Assembly: GCA_965112155.1 (NCBI GenBank)
Contig: OZ218100.1
Source: Podarcis liolepis
Taxonomy: Eukaryota
Strand: one strand, 5' to 3'
DNA length: 64,000 bases
Part shown: piece after piece, positions 25,001 through 40,000 of the stretch
How positions within the stretch are numbered: position 1 is the stretch's first letter
How the letters are laid out: every line of letters begins with the position of its first letter
Translations under genes and position numbers: made by a program
Notes under the pieces: model-generated
What the model was told of the DNA's origin: nothing
The model's input: only the letters and a program-made list of their open reading frames with translations
Database searches by the model: none

Positions 25001-28000
25001 ACAAAGTCTTCTATAAACTTCTTGTGCAATGTATTTGTCTCATCCAGCAAGCACAGAAATTTGATGGCGCAAACTCTCACATAATGGTCATCCCTGTTCG
25101 TACTGTAATACAATATATTACTTTTTTATTCCTCTGACCGTGTGCTCCCTTTTTTTGCATGAGTCACTCCCCATTTCAGCTTTATATTTCAGTGGTGCAA
25201 ACATATACTTAAGGGAGACACAATAATTGACACCCCCCCCCTTCTAATTTGGCTGGGCTTCTAGGATAAATCAAACACTTGCATTTTTACAGGCAGATGC
25301 CCTACCAGGATCAAGTTTGAAACTGTAGAATTAATCTTGCTGAAGCTATCCAGCATGATTTATGCCATAGATCAGGAATGAGGAATCTGAGGCTGAGGGA
25401 GCCAAATGTGGCTCTTATAGGAAGAGTAAGAATTTACCTAGCTCAACATGCTGTTTCTGTTTGACCATATCATGGAAATAAAATCTAAAGAGCTATTTTA
25501 CACATGTCCAAAAGGCTTAGGACATGCCTAGGAGGATTTTTCACTTCCCATCTTCAAATAGCAAACAACTTTTGAAACTCTCCTCAGTTTCAAAAGCATG
25601 GAAAACACACAAGCCCAGAATCCCACTGGATGAACAAAACTAGTTGTGCAGTTCTCTGGATCCTGGCTATGTTTGTAAGAGCACAGTTTCCTTGTTATTT
25701 TCTTTTTCATGATGACTTCCTAGCACCCTACTGTTTAGATAATTTTTTCTGAAGCACAATTCAGGAAACAATGATTCAGAAGAAACAGAAGTGGGGAGAT
25801 GAATGTTATGAATGGTACAGATACAGTGAATTATAACTATTATAAAACCAGGTGACAAAATACCGACCTTTCTGTAACAACATTTGCTGCACATTCATCT
25901 CCAAGATTTTCTATAAAAGCACATACTTCCTGAACGAGTCTTGATGTATTTAAAAGGAGAAGAAAAAATAGATTTTTTTTCAATATTTACTTATTATAGT
26001 TTAAGGTTCCCTGCCATCAGAAATCCACATAAAAGGGAGAAATTTCTTTGTTCTGCATTATTAACATAAACATCATAATCATAACAATCTCCTTCACCCC
26101 CAGCCTATACATGGATGATACAATAAAGCAGGAAATTTGTGCAGAGCTTCAGAAACTAAGGTTTGCTGGAAATGTAGTTCTCTACCTTGAGAAATTTCCT
26201 TAATTTCTCCATGTTAACATCTCCATGTTTTTATTTTTATAGACTTGTTATAATTTCTATTATATGAAAAGTCTGGTATGTATTGTTCATATCTCTGACC
26301 CCCATTTTGTCTCTGCTTCAATATTTCTAACCTGTTTCCTGTGAGGATTTTGTTTATGCTTCATTTTGCGTTTAATAAAATAATTAAAAAATAGATAAAT
26401 TCATAAGGACAACAAAAAGTCTTGTGCAAAATAATATATAATAAATGTAGTGATCTTTAAGATGACACAAGACACTTTGAAGTCCTGCTTGCACAACAGG
26501 ATATCCTCTTCCTCTTCTCCCTCCAGGCTCAAGATCTCCTGAGGAGGATCCCTAAACCCTTGAGCCAATACAGTCGTACCTTAGAAGTTGAATGGAATCC
26601 GTTTCGGAAGTCCGTTTGACTTCCAACGTGTTCGAAAACCAAAGCGCAGCTTCTGACTGGCTGCAGGAAGCTCCCAAAAGAATGTTCGGCTTCCAAAAGA
26701 ATGTTCGAAAACCAGAACAATCACTTCCAGCTTTCAATTCTTCGGGTGCCAAAATGTTCAAGAACTAGGCTGTTCGAAAACCAAGGTATGCCTGTATTGG
26801 GGTTATGCAGAGAGCTGGAGGCAGTAGAAGAGGAAAGGGAAGCCCCATTGCTCAAGTGAAACTTTGTTCCCCTTCTGTATAGACACCATTGGATAAAACC
26901 CTTTGTTATTTTTGCTACAACAAAAACCAACTCTGGAAATTATTACATAAATCAGCAATACATTTCCCAAGTGCAACACAAAAGTAACATTGCTTTTGTT
27001 TTTACCTTTGATCACGCCTGAAAACAGTTCCAAATAAACAGGCCTCTACGACAAGTTCACTGTAATTGCTAGCATTTGAAAAAGCCTTTTCAACAGCATT
27101 TGGGTCATCGGAAGTAGGAAATAGCCAAGACTGACAGCAGTAAGTCAACAACATATTAAAGACGCCAGTCCTCGTTGAAGACATTTCAATCATCTGAAAT
27201 ATGATCTTAAAGAAGGGGGGAAATCATTTCAATCATTTACCGGTTTTAGCATATTTTAAAATAAGCAAGTCTTGTTTCAGTGGGTACAAATGAGTACTTC
27301 TGTAAAAGGAAGTTAGCATTAAAAGTTCATTTTGCATACTACTGTTTAAGTAACATTTTTCTCATATACTCTCTTGCATTTTAAGAAGTTTAAGAAACAT
27401 GGATTTGAAGTAAAACAAAAGCATACATAGTTTATATAGTTATACAGTCAAACCTCGGTTGCTGAATGTACTCTGTTCCAGAAGCCCGTTTGGCTTCTGA
27501 AATGTTCGACAACCAAGGCGCTGCTTCCAAATGGTTGCAGGAGCTTCCTGCACTCAGCGGAAGCCACGTCGGATGTTTGGCTTCCAAAAAATATTCAAAA
27601 ACTGGAGGCTTTATTTCCCAGTTTTCGGTGTTCGGGACCCGAGGTCTGACTGTATAGCATACATAGTTTATATCCTTAGCTGTCATTTTACACAAGTCTG
27701 ATGGGAGGCAGCTTATCTTCTGCATAGGTACTGTCAGGTGCTGGTGTGGTTGCTCAAGAGCAAACAGGCAAGACTACAACCTGTCTTTTCCAGGCTTTAT
27801 TATCTGTACAAAACTATTTTCAGTGCAGAGTGTCGTAAGTCCATGTCTGCTCAGTCGCTAGCAGAATCTGGGAGTGGGCGGTCCTTATACCTTCCCCAGC
27901 ATAACAGTCATGTGACCCCTGTCCTTCTCCTCCCCTCTCTGTGCCCAAACCTACAGCGCAGAGTGGGCACTGGCAAAGGGGGACTTGTCTCCCCTCTGCT

Positions 28001-31000
28001 TTGCTCAGGCTCGGTGTTGAGGCTCTCCCTAGCATCTTCTGATCCCTGCGCCCCTTCCCCACTGGAGGCGGGGCTTCCCTCCTCGCCAGAGGAAGAACTG
28101 CTTTGCAAGATCTTCGGAGGCTCCCTGTAACACAACTGCCCTTCCACCTCTCGCCTCTGAGCTGATGGCAGTTCCCTGACAGGTACATAGGAGGTGGCCT
28201 TGTACCAAGTGAGACCATTGGTCCATCTTCCTCAATACTGTCTACACTGAGTGGCAGCAGCTTTTGTAGTTTCAGGGAGGAGTTTCTCCCAACCGTACCA
28301 GGATTTGAACCTATGACCTTCTGCATGCAAAGCATATTCTTTACTACTGAGCTACATCCCTAGATTTAGTGGTTAAAAACATAACAGCAACCAAGCTTCC
28401 ATATACTTGCTTCATGCTGACCTGGGGGAAAGCTCAATTAAAGATTATGAGCAAGTTTTGAAAATCATAGTTCTTAAACAAGATAGCATAAGATTTTGCC
28501 TGGGCACAGGGCCTTTTCACATGAGCTGCCATTAAATCAGAAAGTCTCTAATTGATCGAAGAATCTCTGAACTGGGAAACTAGGTTACCAGCTCCAGAAC
28601 AACCTAGGATATTAAACCAGATTAAAACAATGATTTGATTCAGGCTTCTTCCGGTGTTAGTAACAATAGTTTCCCAGTTAACCAGGGGATTCCAAGTTTA
28701 ACCATGGCTCAAGGGCTATGTGCAGAAGAAGAACACTTGTGCACACCTCAGGTTAACAAACTGAGATACGATAATCTGAACACAACTGTCAAGAATAGAG
28801 ATTGCAGGAAGAACAAGAAATGTAAAACATTTACCTCTTTTATCCTGGTGTATGCCTGACTTTTGTTCTTTGCTGCGGCAGCAAGAATTTCAGGATCAAA
28901 CACAAACTGAACAAAAGCTTTTAGATTAGGCCAAAAGATCAGCTGTGTGTTACTAAGAGCAAATATAATTTTCCATGCTAAGTCAAAAGCCTCTATGCAC
29001 AGAGATTCAGAGGATTCCATAAGCTAAAGACAAAAGAAGTAGCATTTAGTTTTTCATAAAATATAAAGCCATGTAATAAATTCATACATTGTTTTAAACC
29101 CTTTACCTTGGAAACGACTATTTTCATGGAATGAAACACAGGTAAGATATGATCAGAAGGAAGAATTGTCACTGCTTCCAGCGCAGACTGTAAAATTCTT
29201 GTACATTTTTGAACATCTGGCAAAAAGTGCTCTATATATTTGTCCTTAGAAAGCTTTTGATAATTATTTAGAACAAAATGAAGACAAACCCACTGATCAT
29301 GTATATAACATGCTACAATTTTTCCCCATCCTTGATGAGATGCTGGCTCTTCAAGATAACTGTAATAAAAGTTGAAAAATATTTCAGTTCACCTTTGCTT
29401 TTTTAAAAAAAGAGAAATGTGCTGTATTGTACTCCAAGGAAAGGAATAGACTAAATTTAATGTCTAGCAACAGCTCAAGACCCAATAAAATTAATTAACA
29501 GCACAACCCCACAGACATAACTGGGAACATACTTCCAAGCTCACGATCACATAGAATTTAACTAAGGCTGCAATCCTAACCTCACTTACCTGGGATTAAA
29601 CTTCATATAAATCAATGGGACTTACTCCTGAATAGACATGGTTAGGATTGCAGTCTACATCCTAACAGTAAAATGCTTACGTATTAGGAAATGGGATAAT
29701 AGGAACACATCTAGAGCAGGAATGGCAGAAGACTAAAGAAGCCTTTAAGGTATTCTGCTTTTATATATATATATAAAGGTAGGATTTAAGAAAACAGATA
29801 GAAGTTAGAATAGTAGATTTCTCTCCAATTAAAATTTGTTAAACAAAGTGATTAACACAAATACCTATCTTTTTCCATACTGCAAGGCTTCTTTAATACA
29901 TGGTTAAGTTGAGCACAGGAAATAGTTGTTTTTAGGGTTTCAACAGCTGGGAGAGATTCAAGCTGAAGATCTGGCTTCTGATCAATAATTTCACAAATCA
30001 CACTTAGCGATGCCATACTCACTACCTTCTGAATCTGTTCCCCAAGTTTTACCTCCTGAAAGCGAAGTTACACAGGTAATTTTCAAACTCTTACAATGTG
30101 TTCTGATAAAGTATGGAAAAAATAAACATAAAAAATTAATAAAAATAATTATACCAGCCTGAATATAGAATAAAAGGTCTGTTCCACATAGGAGCATTAC
30201 CCTTTGACTCTTAAATATATTAAAGAGTTTAATTTAAAAAACTCAAATAAGTGACACATTTTATATGTAGCTGTTCAGCAAATGAGGTAGATGAAGAGAA
30301 GCCCCTTTTCCTCCCCCAGCATATATTCAGCTGCCAGGTGGTTTGAATAGATTAAATTAATGTTGTGAGGAGACACAAGATTGAGACAAAGGGATGTGAA
30401 CAGGGTCTGTACAGTGAAAGTAGGATATGAAGACTGGGCCTGAAGGAAGGTGTTGCCTTTGGGTTGGAGGAAAGCAGCAGGCTGGGTACGGAATTAGGCA
30501 GGGACTCTATTTCCTTCTAATGTCAAATTGTAAGGATTTGTATAATTGCCACGTGAACCATCTAACACAAGATGATTATCAGAAAACATGGCCACTTTTT
30601 ATTTCAAGGTTTTCTTCTTTTTATACCTATTGCCCAAACTCTTGATATCAAAGCACAAATAGAGAAGTGTGTGAGTCTCACTTTACATTCCTTTTCACTA
30701 GCTACACTGAGGTATTTTGTACTGGTTTGGAGCCAAAGCGACATCACAAATTCTTTTTGAAACTTCCCACCCACTTTCAAAACCAATTTGCCACTAGACA
30801 TGGAGGGCACTTGGCTCACGTAATCAGTTTCACGGCTCTTTGGACCCTGGCCCTAATAAACTGATCTGGTCTTATTTCAATACAGCACTAAAAATGGTGA
30901 TATCTGACCACAGTCTGTTTTCATTACTTTTAGACTACACATCAGAAAACTGGAAAACATTAGCTGGTAAATGTATCTGTATCTATTATGGCATATCAAG

Positions 31001-34000
31001 AGTATCTGGTTTTCTACTGTAAACAGAAGAGGGCCACAACATTTTTAAATCCAAGCTGCTCTCCTTTGCCTTCAAAAGTAGTACAAAGGAGTATTTTGTG
31101 AAAATATGTGCACTGTGCCTAAGCATTATGACTCGACTTAAGACAAAATTACCTTTTCACTATTTCCCTCTTGAACACTGCAGAGAGAGGTATTTATCAG
31201 AGAGGAGATGAAGCTGCAGATCGATGGTCCTTTTTTCCAGCCATTGACTGAGCAAATGTTCATCAGCTCTGACAGCACTTCTAGATATAAATTACAGCGC
31301 TGCAGATCTGAAATCTGAAGGGATATGTTATTACAGGTGTCAATTAAAACAATACCAAGGAGATAGAGTCTCCACAATTGGTTACTTTAATATTAATGCC
31401 AAGTTCCAAAGTAGCTACTTTAGACATGCATAGTATAATTTTTGACTTTTCTTTAACTGGCATGTTGCCTCCAGGCCGCACCATGGACTGCCTTGAAAAC
31501 AAACAAACAAACAAATCTCTGTTTCAAAAGCAGATTGCCATATGGCACAGAAGGCTATAAGATACATTTGGGCATGCAAAACTATGTTGATGGTTAATTA
31601 GATCCAGATCTAATCATTCTTGTTCTGCAGAGAGCTCTTCAAAGCATTAAGAGAGTCCTAATGTATGCACGAATGTGCAGGCAGGCAGCATGCAAGAGCA
31701 GGTCACAGAATCAAAGGTCTGCATGTCCCCATCCATCCCCACATTCTGCTCAAGTTATGACAGGCAACTGCTTCACATTAATCTAACAGCCTCAATGGCC
31801 TGGTTTGCACTAAACCTTAGTTAAAAACCAATGTGAATACAACACCAGCTCCTCCATCACAATAACTTGTCAACCAACATACTCATTTTAACTGTGTGAC
31901 TGGATCTGTACTTTTGCATTTGGTTTCAAATATTTTTACATGGCTAGAGAGAAATTTTAAAACATCTGTTTTGGTAAATGCTTTTCACAATGTTTGTTGA
32001 CAAAGCATTTCTCTTTTAAATATTTTTCTGAACATTCCAAATGAATACACTTTCACAATATTGCTACCCTTCTGAATTAAAATAATAATAATTCCAAGCC
32101 AATATTTACACTAAGTACTTACGGTATTTAATTCATTTGCTGTAAGTCTTCTGAGGAGAAAATCCAAAATACTTTCTGTGGCAGTCATAAATGAATTCTG
32201 GAGAAATGCTATTATCCCATCTGTATGAAGATACATTTAATTAAAATACTGGTAGTACCATTATTCCCAAAGCTGAACAGTAATCCTGCAACTTACACAG
32301 GGGTTGAATTCCGGGGATTGCCCCTAAAACCAAAATTGTGTCTAGCCAAAACTCACTGGGTTCAAGGGCAAGTAGGATTGCCAAAGTCCAGGAACCCTGC
32401 CTGCTTTCTGCCCCATTTTATTTAGGGTTTAGGGTTTTTGCCATGTGCGTAAAAGCTGAATGCGCACAAGTTAAATTTTGCAGGCTTACAGTATCATACA
32501 CATGTGATGTAGTACACAATGAAATTACCACGGTAAAGCATATAATAGGCTATATCATTCAAAATGACAGACCCCCCCCAAATGACAGTTCACAGTCCCT
32601 AAATTGCATGCTTTTACTAAAAAAAAAAGTAGACTGCATTATGGATCACCCCAGTTTCCAAATGTCTGGCATTCTAAAGGCAGCTCTTGGGGCCATTTTG
32701 AATGGCAATTTTAAAGAATTAATCCAGAGATAAAGCATGCTGAAAGGGGCTGATATAATCAAGCTTTTCCACCCTCTCCCTTCCTCCGCTGCCCTGAAAA
32801 GCTTCTCCCTGTGGACAGGAGTCCCTGTTGAATGAGGCGGAATGTGGGGCAGAGGCTGGGATGACGGGTGTAGGGAGAGATCCCTGAAAAGTAGAGGTAC
32901 TTCTCCCTTTCTCCTCACCCTCCTGTGCCACAGGGCAGCCCTTTCAGCAGGGTCCCAGGACCTTCAGTAAGGACTTTGGGGTGGGGTGGGGATGTTGGGG
33001 ACCTGCTGATGGGAGGATGGGGCAGCAAAGCACTTCCACCAGCCCCCTTCACCTTTACCAAAGCTCTTGACCAAACCCACAAAGATGTTGATAACAACAA
33101 TTAAATTTTAGAAGTACTTTTCATTCTGTATGCCTCATTCTGAAGAAAAATAGAACCCCTACTTATAAGGCAAAACAGGACAAAGATTACCAGGTCTATC
33201 AACACTAACTGTATACCACACAGTAGCTTAATATGCCTATTTTTTTCCTGTGGTATCCAAGTTAACTCTGAATTTAGGTGTTTGTTAAGACTATAGTAAT
33301 TCCTTATTAGATGCATTCTGGACATTTTTAGTACGGCCATTTGCTTTTAATGTGAATTCCTGTTTCAAAGCAACTTACTACAATTTGTATTTATGAGTCT
33401 ATTAGCCTAATTTTGTTTCACCAGTTAGAAGGGCAATATTCATAAGAGCAACATACTGAATATACCACTAACCAACTCGTGGACTGGAACATTTGATTGA
33501 ACAAGTCTGCAGTAGCTTCAATAGCAGCTGTAGGCTTTTATCGGTTTTCAGTGATGAGATGTAGGGATTAGTGCCAAGTTTCAGCAAGACATCTAGTAGA
33601 GGGTTTAGGAGAGCCTTCAGCTCAATCCGTTCTGTGCTGCCATTGACACTACACGAAACAAACATTAAAAAGAGAAACATATTCCACTGTCTGTATTGCT
33701 GACTTCTGGGAGATAAACTGCATTCACCTTCCAACTGAGCAAAAAGCAGGAGAACATACCTCAGCCTACATTGTATGCTATCAAGCAGGAATGGTGTCAC
33801 ATTTGAACACCCAGTGCTGGCATTGTTTATTTAGTTATTTTTAAAGAGTGGATAAACCAAACTTCATACACAAAATGTTCCAACATTTGTTTATACTCTG
33901 GGAAAACACAACAGTGGTTAGTAACAGATGACAGGAGGTTTTTTTGATAGCTGAAGGCAGTTTGAAAGACAGAAAGCTGCTTGTACTGGGGACACATAAC

Positions 34001-37000
34001 CAACTTTTGGCTCCCCCTCCGTCTCTCTCATTCTCTCTTGTATTATTTAGAAAATCTGTAAAGCCTGTTTGGCCAGAGACAACAGCGGAACAGAAGAAAC
34101 ACATGCAATGTGGTCCCCCAAACCACTTTCAATTGTCTTAAAAAACAAATGACCAATCAAGTAATATTTTTTTTCCTTATGGTGCCAGCCTCTAGGTAGT
34201 AATCAATGAATAGACAGTAAGTCAACACTCCACCAATCCACAGTTGCTCATAGGAATTATGAACTCAAAGCTCCTGAAATACCTCTGAATACACTGGCTG
34301 TGTCACAAAAGTTTGTTATTATCTGTACAAATTACTTTGTCCACACACACTGAAAAGAAACAATAAATTTATATGCAAGATGTAGGCAAGGTAATCCACA
34401 AAACATTAAAGCAAACATCTCTGTGCCAATTGTGAGCTGCCTTACACCAAATCTGACCAACAGCTCATTTACAACGAACTAAAATGTCATTGTTAAGAAA
34501 GTGTTTTAAGAACCCAAGGATTTTTTTGGTGCTATTTCATATATATACAATCTTTACATTATGCCACTTAGCTCTAACCTTTCCTTGGATGCAATATACT
34601 AAAGCTAATAGGACAAAGCCTGCTCAAGTGACTTGTGGTCCACATCCAAAGCAAATGCAAAAAAACAGGGTATCTACCTGTATACATGTTTCATCTCTTC
34701 CACATCTGCAGTCAGCAGAATCATCGTAGCAACAAGCTTAGCTTCAAACCAGTCAGGCATAAGGCAGTCTTCTGCAGCTGTAAAAAAAATAATCCTAGTT
34801 TTTACAATGTTGCAGAGCACCCACAGTCTGGGGCCCCAAGTCAGCACCGCTGGCTTCTCCTGTGCCAGCAAAGTCATTCTGGAGGGAAAGGGAGAAGGAT
34901 CAACGATGGTAAGGGGCTTTGCTAGAGAACACATGCTGAGATAATGCATTCTGTAGCTAAAAGTCTCTGACAGAAGTGTCACACACAGAAATAAAATGAA
35001 ATAAGTAATGAAGCCGATTGTTTTTATGAATGCTGTTGTACGATATGCTTTGAAGTAGACTCTTTAGTTAATAGAACACAGAAGCAACTGAGATAAGAAT
35101 TGCGCTTGTGAACTTCAGTCATTTTAATAATTTACCAGGACTTTGGAAATCCTATTACCAGTTAAATTAGTGAACAATATGCCTAGTGATTTTAATGAGG
35201 GATAAACCCCAAGAAATGAATACAAAATGACTAGGAAGCAAAGAGCTACTTTATATATGCTGAAGGGCTTGTGCACACACAGTGGGATTTTTGACATTTT
35301 TGCTTTGAACAGCATGTCACACCAGTGCTTTTCAAACTCCTCTTGGATTCAAAAGTGGTTTGCTAGGAGGCATGAGCGGCTACTTTTCTTGATGCATGTA
35401 ATTCATCAAATCTGAGTCTTTATAAATATTTGCAAAGAGCTTCTATACAAAAGCAAACTTGGTGGCATTGTCCCAGCAGTAGGGCAGTGAAACCCACAAA
35501 CAAAGGATTTCAGCATAATTGGGGATACTGGTAAGGTGTGCAGAAATATATTACATTGCAATCTACCTCTGATCTTCGACCCCTCCTCAAAAAGCACCAC
35601 CTTCAAAACAACATCATGTATAAACCAGCAAGTGTTCCAAACACTTTTATGCAGAGCTAAATAATCCTTAATCCTTAGGAACGAAACTATTTAGCAAATG
35701 TGCTCATCGCTTACATAAACAGTATTATTTATAATATTTATAAAACTACTTACAATTGGCTATAGGTGTTTTCAGATAATCCTCCACAAGGGATTGTGCA
35801 TAAACACTTAATGCAGTTTTGTCTTGAGGCACATTGCAGTTTAAAGGCTTTCGAAAGTGCTTGTCATTTACATGCAACCAATTACAAAGCTAAGAAAAAC
35901 AAAATGATTTTTTTATTTATTTTTGTTTTATTTGTTAAATTTATATACATCTCTGCATTCAAAGATCACAGGGCAGTTTATAGCATAGAAACACAAAAGG
36001 CTTAATCGTAATCATAATAATACACATCTAAAATGCCATAATGACTAACCAATTTCACAATAGTTTGCTTTCACTTCTCTCACCATTGTCCACAAAACAG
36101 TCCCTCTGCCTAATGACTCTTCTGGTTTCAGAGATACAATGAAGTTTGCAATATCTGAAAGGGACACTTTCTCCTAAGGAAAGAAATGTAAGTAACATTC
36201 ATTTGAAACCAAGAAAAACAATATTTAGGTTCAGAGTTGTGTTAATCATTTTGCAATGTTACACATCTCTCCCTACTCCAAACTCCTTGAAGCTTAATAG
36301 CAAAGCACCACAATGCAAGTGTTCTACGCAGAGCAGTTCCAATAGAACAAAGTGCAAGGTGCAATATGCAAAGATGTCATTGCAAGTCTAATATAGTACT
36401 TAGGATAGTCATGCATTTTAATGCCACAATGGTGTGTTTAAGAATGCCCAAGCCAATGGCCTTTGTTTTCTGAAAACTTGGCATCTAGAAAAATGAAGCA
36501 AAGGAGGAAAACATTTCACCTGATATTTAAGAATGGTAATCAAATGATTCTAAAATTCTGCATCTTTTAATCCAAAGAAGTAGCAAACCTTATCCACTAA
36601 AGCTTTATAAAAGCACTCAGCTATATTTGATGCCTTTCCCAGTGCAACTATATTTCAGAATAGGAAGACTTACTACATCTGTCAAGAGTATAGCTGCTTT
36701 AAGAAGATAGCACTGAGCAGCTCCCCGTAGGAGAATCTGATGGGTGATCATGGTGCACTGCAGGACATCTCTGCAAACGGATAAGATACATGCTTTGAAA
36801 AGTTAAAACAATGAACTGAGGACTAGTCACACAAACAACACTCAAAATGGTACCTCAGAGCTAGGAGTCCTTCGGTATCTAGTACTCTATATGCTGGAAT
36901 ATTTGCCAGTGCCATGGACAGAAACAAAATTGGAACAGCACACCAGTGCCTATTGCTCATCTTCTGTATAAACTTTAACAAAAAACTACCTTTAAAAAAT

Positions 37001-40000
37001 GGAAGGAAAATAAGATTTTTGTTAAATCATCTAACATAAAACAATGCTTTTTTTTAAAAAAAAACATTTTTATTAATTTTCCAATAAAAAGCATCCAATT
37101 AATATATCCAATCATAATCCAGTTAAAAATAAAAAACTAAAATAAAAAAGACCAAATTATAATCCAAATTATAATTATTAATTTTTCAGAGCTCCCCACA
37201 GTCTGGACCTCTGAAGCATATCTCCACATCTCAGTCCTGCCTCTCCTCATTGTTTCCATATTTTCCACATCTAGATTTTAACGCTTTAAAATTCTAACAT
37301 AAAACAATGCTAACCCCAAAAGTAAGCCCAGCAGCAGAAAGCCATTTTTCCAAGGGGGAAAATAAATTACATTCCCTAAATCCAAATGATCTCTTCATTA
37401 ATTCCAGCCTCAACAGCTTGTTTGACTGCGGGTTCAGATGTACGTGACAGCAGAGAAAAACATGGTAGTACAGGCGGTAACCGTTTTGCACATGTCCAAT
37501 TGCTGCATGACTGCCAACGTGCAGGTCCTTTTGGACCCAGAAGAAGGGCGGAATGGGGACAGAGTGAAACGGGGTAGGACAGGCTCCCCCAACATGCACA
37601 GGGGCCAGGAATGCAACCCTCACACAAAATTGTTGCTGTCTGTACAACACATAGCAGGTGCAGGACAGAGCAGCATTGCGACACTGTACACATGCTGACT
37701 TACATGGGCAGAAGAACACCACAAACCTACTATGCACCGTGAATGATTCCTGAGTGTAAACGCTTTTACCATCTCCCTCAGATTCTGACCCCAACCACCA
37801 TGGAAAGCATAACTAAAGGAAAGTCAATGTAGGGCAGTGCTTAGAGTGTATGACTAGGATCAAGGATCCTAGCTCAGCAATAAAGCTCATTGGGTGACCT
37901 TGAGCCAATCAGTCTCTCTCAGCCTAATGTTTCTCATGGGCTTGTTAGGAGTGTAAGATGAGGCTGGGAAGAGACACACGGCACCCTATATTTTGGACAA
38001 TGAGATAACAATATAATAAATGAGAAAAAAGTAAAGGTCCCTTCAGGACCTCCTATCTCCAGTCAGATTAGGAAGGAAGGAATTCAAGAACAGAGGTGGC
38101 TCTGTGCCCTTGCACAGTAGTTACCAGCTTCTCCAGTCTTTCCACCCATACTCAAGGGGAATTCATGTAAACAAAGCTATGAGAATGAAGGCTAGGCACT
38201 TTTTGCATTAACTGTGCTAGACTCGTGGCATAAGCAGGGTGGAAGTCTAAGTGAGATGGCTTTATATGCTGGGCATACACAGCCACTTCCTCTCTTTCCA
38301 ACCACCTCCCTACTTTGGCCACTTGGCATGAATGAAGCGGACAGGTGACTTATATGCAATTCCAAATCAAAATATTTTAAATAGGGGGCATTGGGAGCTG
38401 TGCTGTCTTTCTCCCCCCAGAACTATTGTGTCTTATGAAGGGGTGGGGAGGGATGCCTAATGGACAAGAAATAGTCACTTGCTGGCTTTCTTCTTTGTTG
38501 TAAGATTGGCCATTTCCTGAGCAGATTTTTATGCTTGTTGCCTGTGCTGGGGCTGACTGCATTGATGTGCTTGTTGCAAATCTTGTGAACTTCCTGGGGT
38601 CTCTGGAGGCACAGGAGTGTGTTTCCTTGTTCCTCCTCTTTCCTTTGCAGCCGCTGTGCCTATGCTGCTGCATGCACAGCTCAAATTCCTGCTCTTCAGG
38701 TAGAAGCTCCTCTGTATTAATGTGATTGTACCAATTATACTTGCTCTTTTGTTAAAGGTTTTGCCTGTAAGATAGTCAAGCCAGGTGCTTGGCCCTAGCT
38801 GAGCTAAGGAAAACAAGTTCCTTCCAATAATCAGGTAACTGGTATGGATTTTTAAAAGGGGGGGGGGTTCTATCCAATGTTGGAGGTGTAAAAGAGAACC
38901 CAAATCTAGCCTTAAATGCCATTAAAAAGTGTTCTAAAAAAAATTAAATAAACATACTTTTTTCTTTTTCAGGGAGGCTTGTGAAAAAGGTAGCCAAGAA
39001 CATTTGCAATTTCATTCCTAAAGGAGGACAGGTTCCGATAATCTGACCTGATGACCTGTGAAATTAAAAACAGAGAAATATGGTGGAAGAAATTCAAAGA
39101 CAAAACTGTGAACGTTATCAATTAAACAAATACAGTTCACATACTAGTAGAACCTCTATACAGATATTTGTTACACTGAAGTATAAAATAACTTACAGGT
39201 TAATTGACAGAAGTTTTCATTTTGTTAAAAAGGAAGGCCACCTTTAATATCAGACCAATATATCGGAACAAAGCTAGCCTCTTTCATAAGCAAAAGTATT
39301 CTGAGCTAGTAAACCACTCATTAACAGAGCAATTCTAACCCCTGTCAAAGGAAGGTACATCCATCCCAGAAACCTCACAGTACATCCACAGAAAGCTGTG
39401 TAAGTGTATGAGCAGCACCAGCTGCTACTGCCATAGCAAGGGCCAAAATGGAATAAGTTGGGAATGTGTCCCCTGTACCCCCTGCAGATTAGACCCCATA
39501 ACTACACTAGTCTGAAGCTGGTGTAGTTAATTTCCCCTCCCATTGGTTTCAGTGGGTGGGAGAATTTAAGGGTAAGGAATACAGAAATAAAAAGGCAGAA
39601 AAATGCTGAAGCCCTGGTCACATCGAGCCTCTGGATGTGGCAGTGGTTCTGCCCCAGATTCCCGCTTCCACTCCAGAACTTAGAATTGCTCTACTTAGAA
39701 AAGCTTCCATCCCAACAAAAGAACATCCTCCTAACACACCTAGGAAGGTTTTTTTTTTAATATAATTATAATCCTCATCATTTAACACTAAAAATCTAGA
39801 AATCTGAGAGAAATGTTTTCTGTACTTGCTTCAGTTCTCTCTCATCTTTTGTGGGATAGGACACTTAGAACTGCCTGCAGTACTGTAAATGTAGGTGCAC
39901 CATATATTTACATAATTCTATGGCAATGAAACCTGGTGGGATTTTTTTCAATCCCTGTCCTCAATGGAGGAAAATCCATAAATACCTGCAAATATTCAGC

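Noticed and set aside
27738-28335. 130-aa and 171-aa ORFs in TARBP1 intron 17
   Set aside because: They overlap a SINE and GC-rich repeat-like DNA, and the TARBP1 frame closes correctly without them.
37294-37794. 166-aa minus-strand ORF in TARBP1 intron 6
   Set aside because: No recognisable homology or convincing splice signals; exon 6-7 phases already match.
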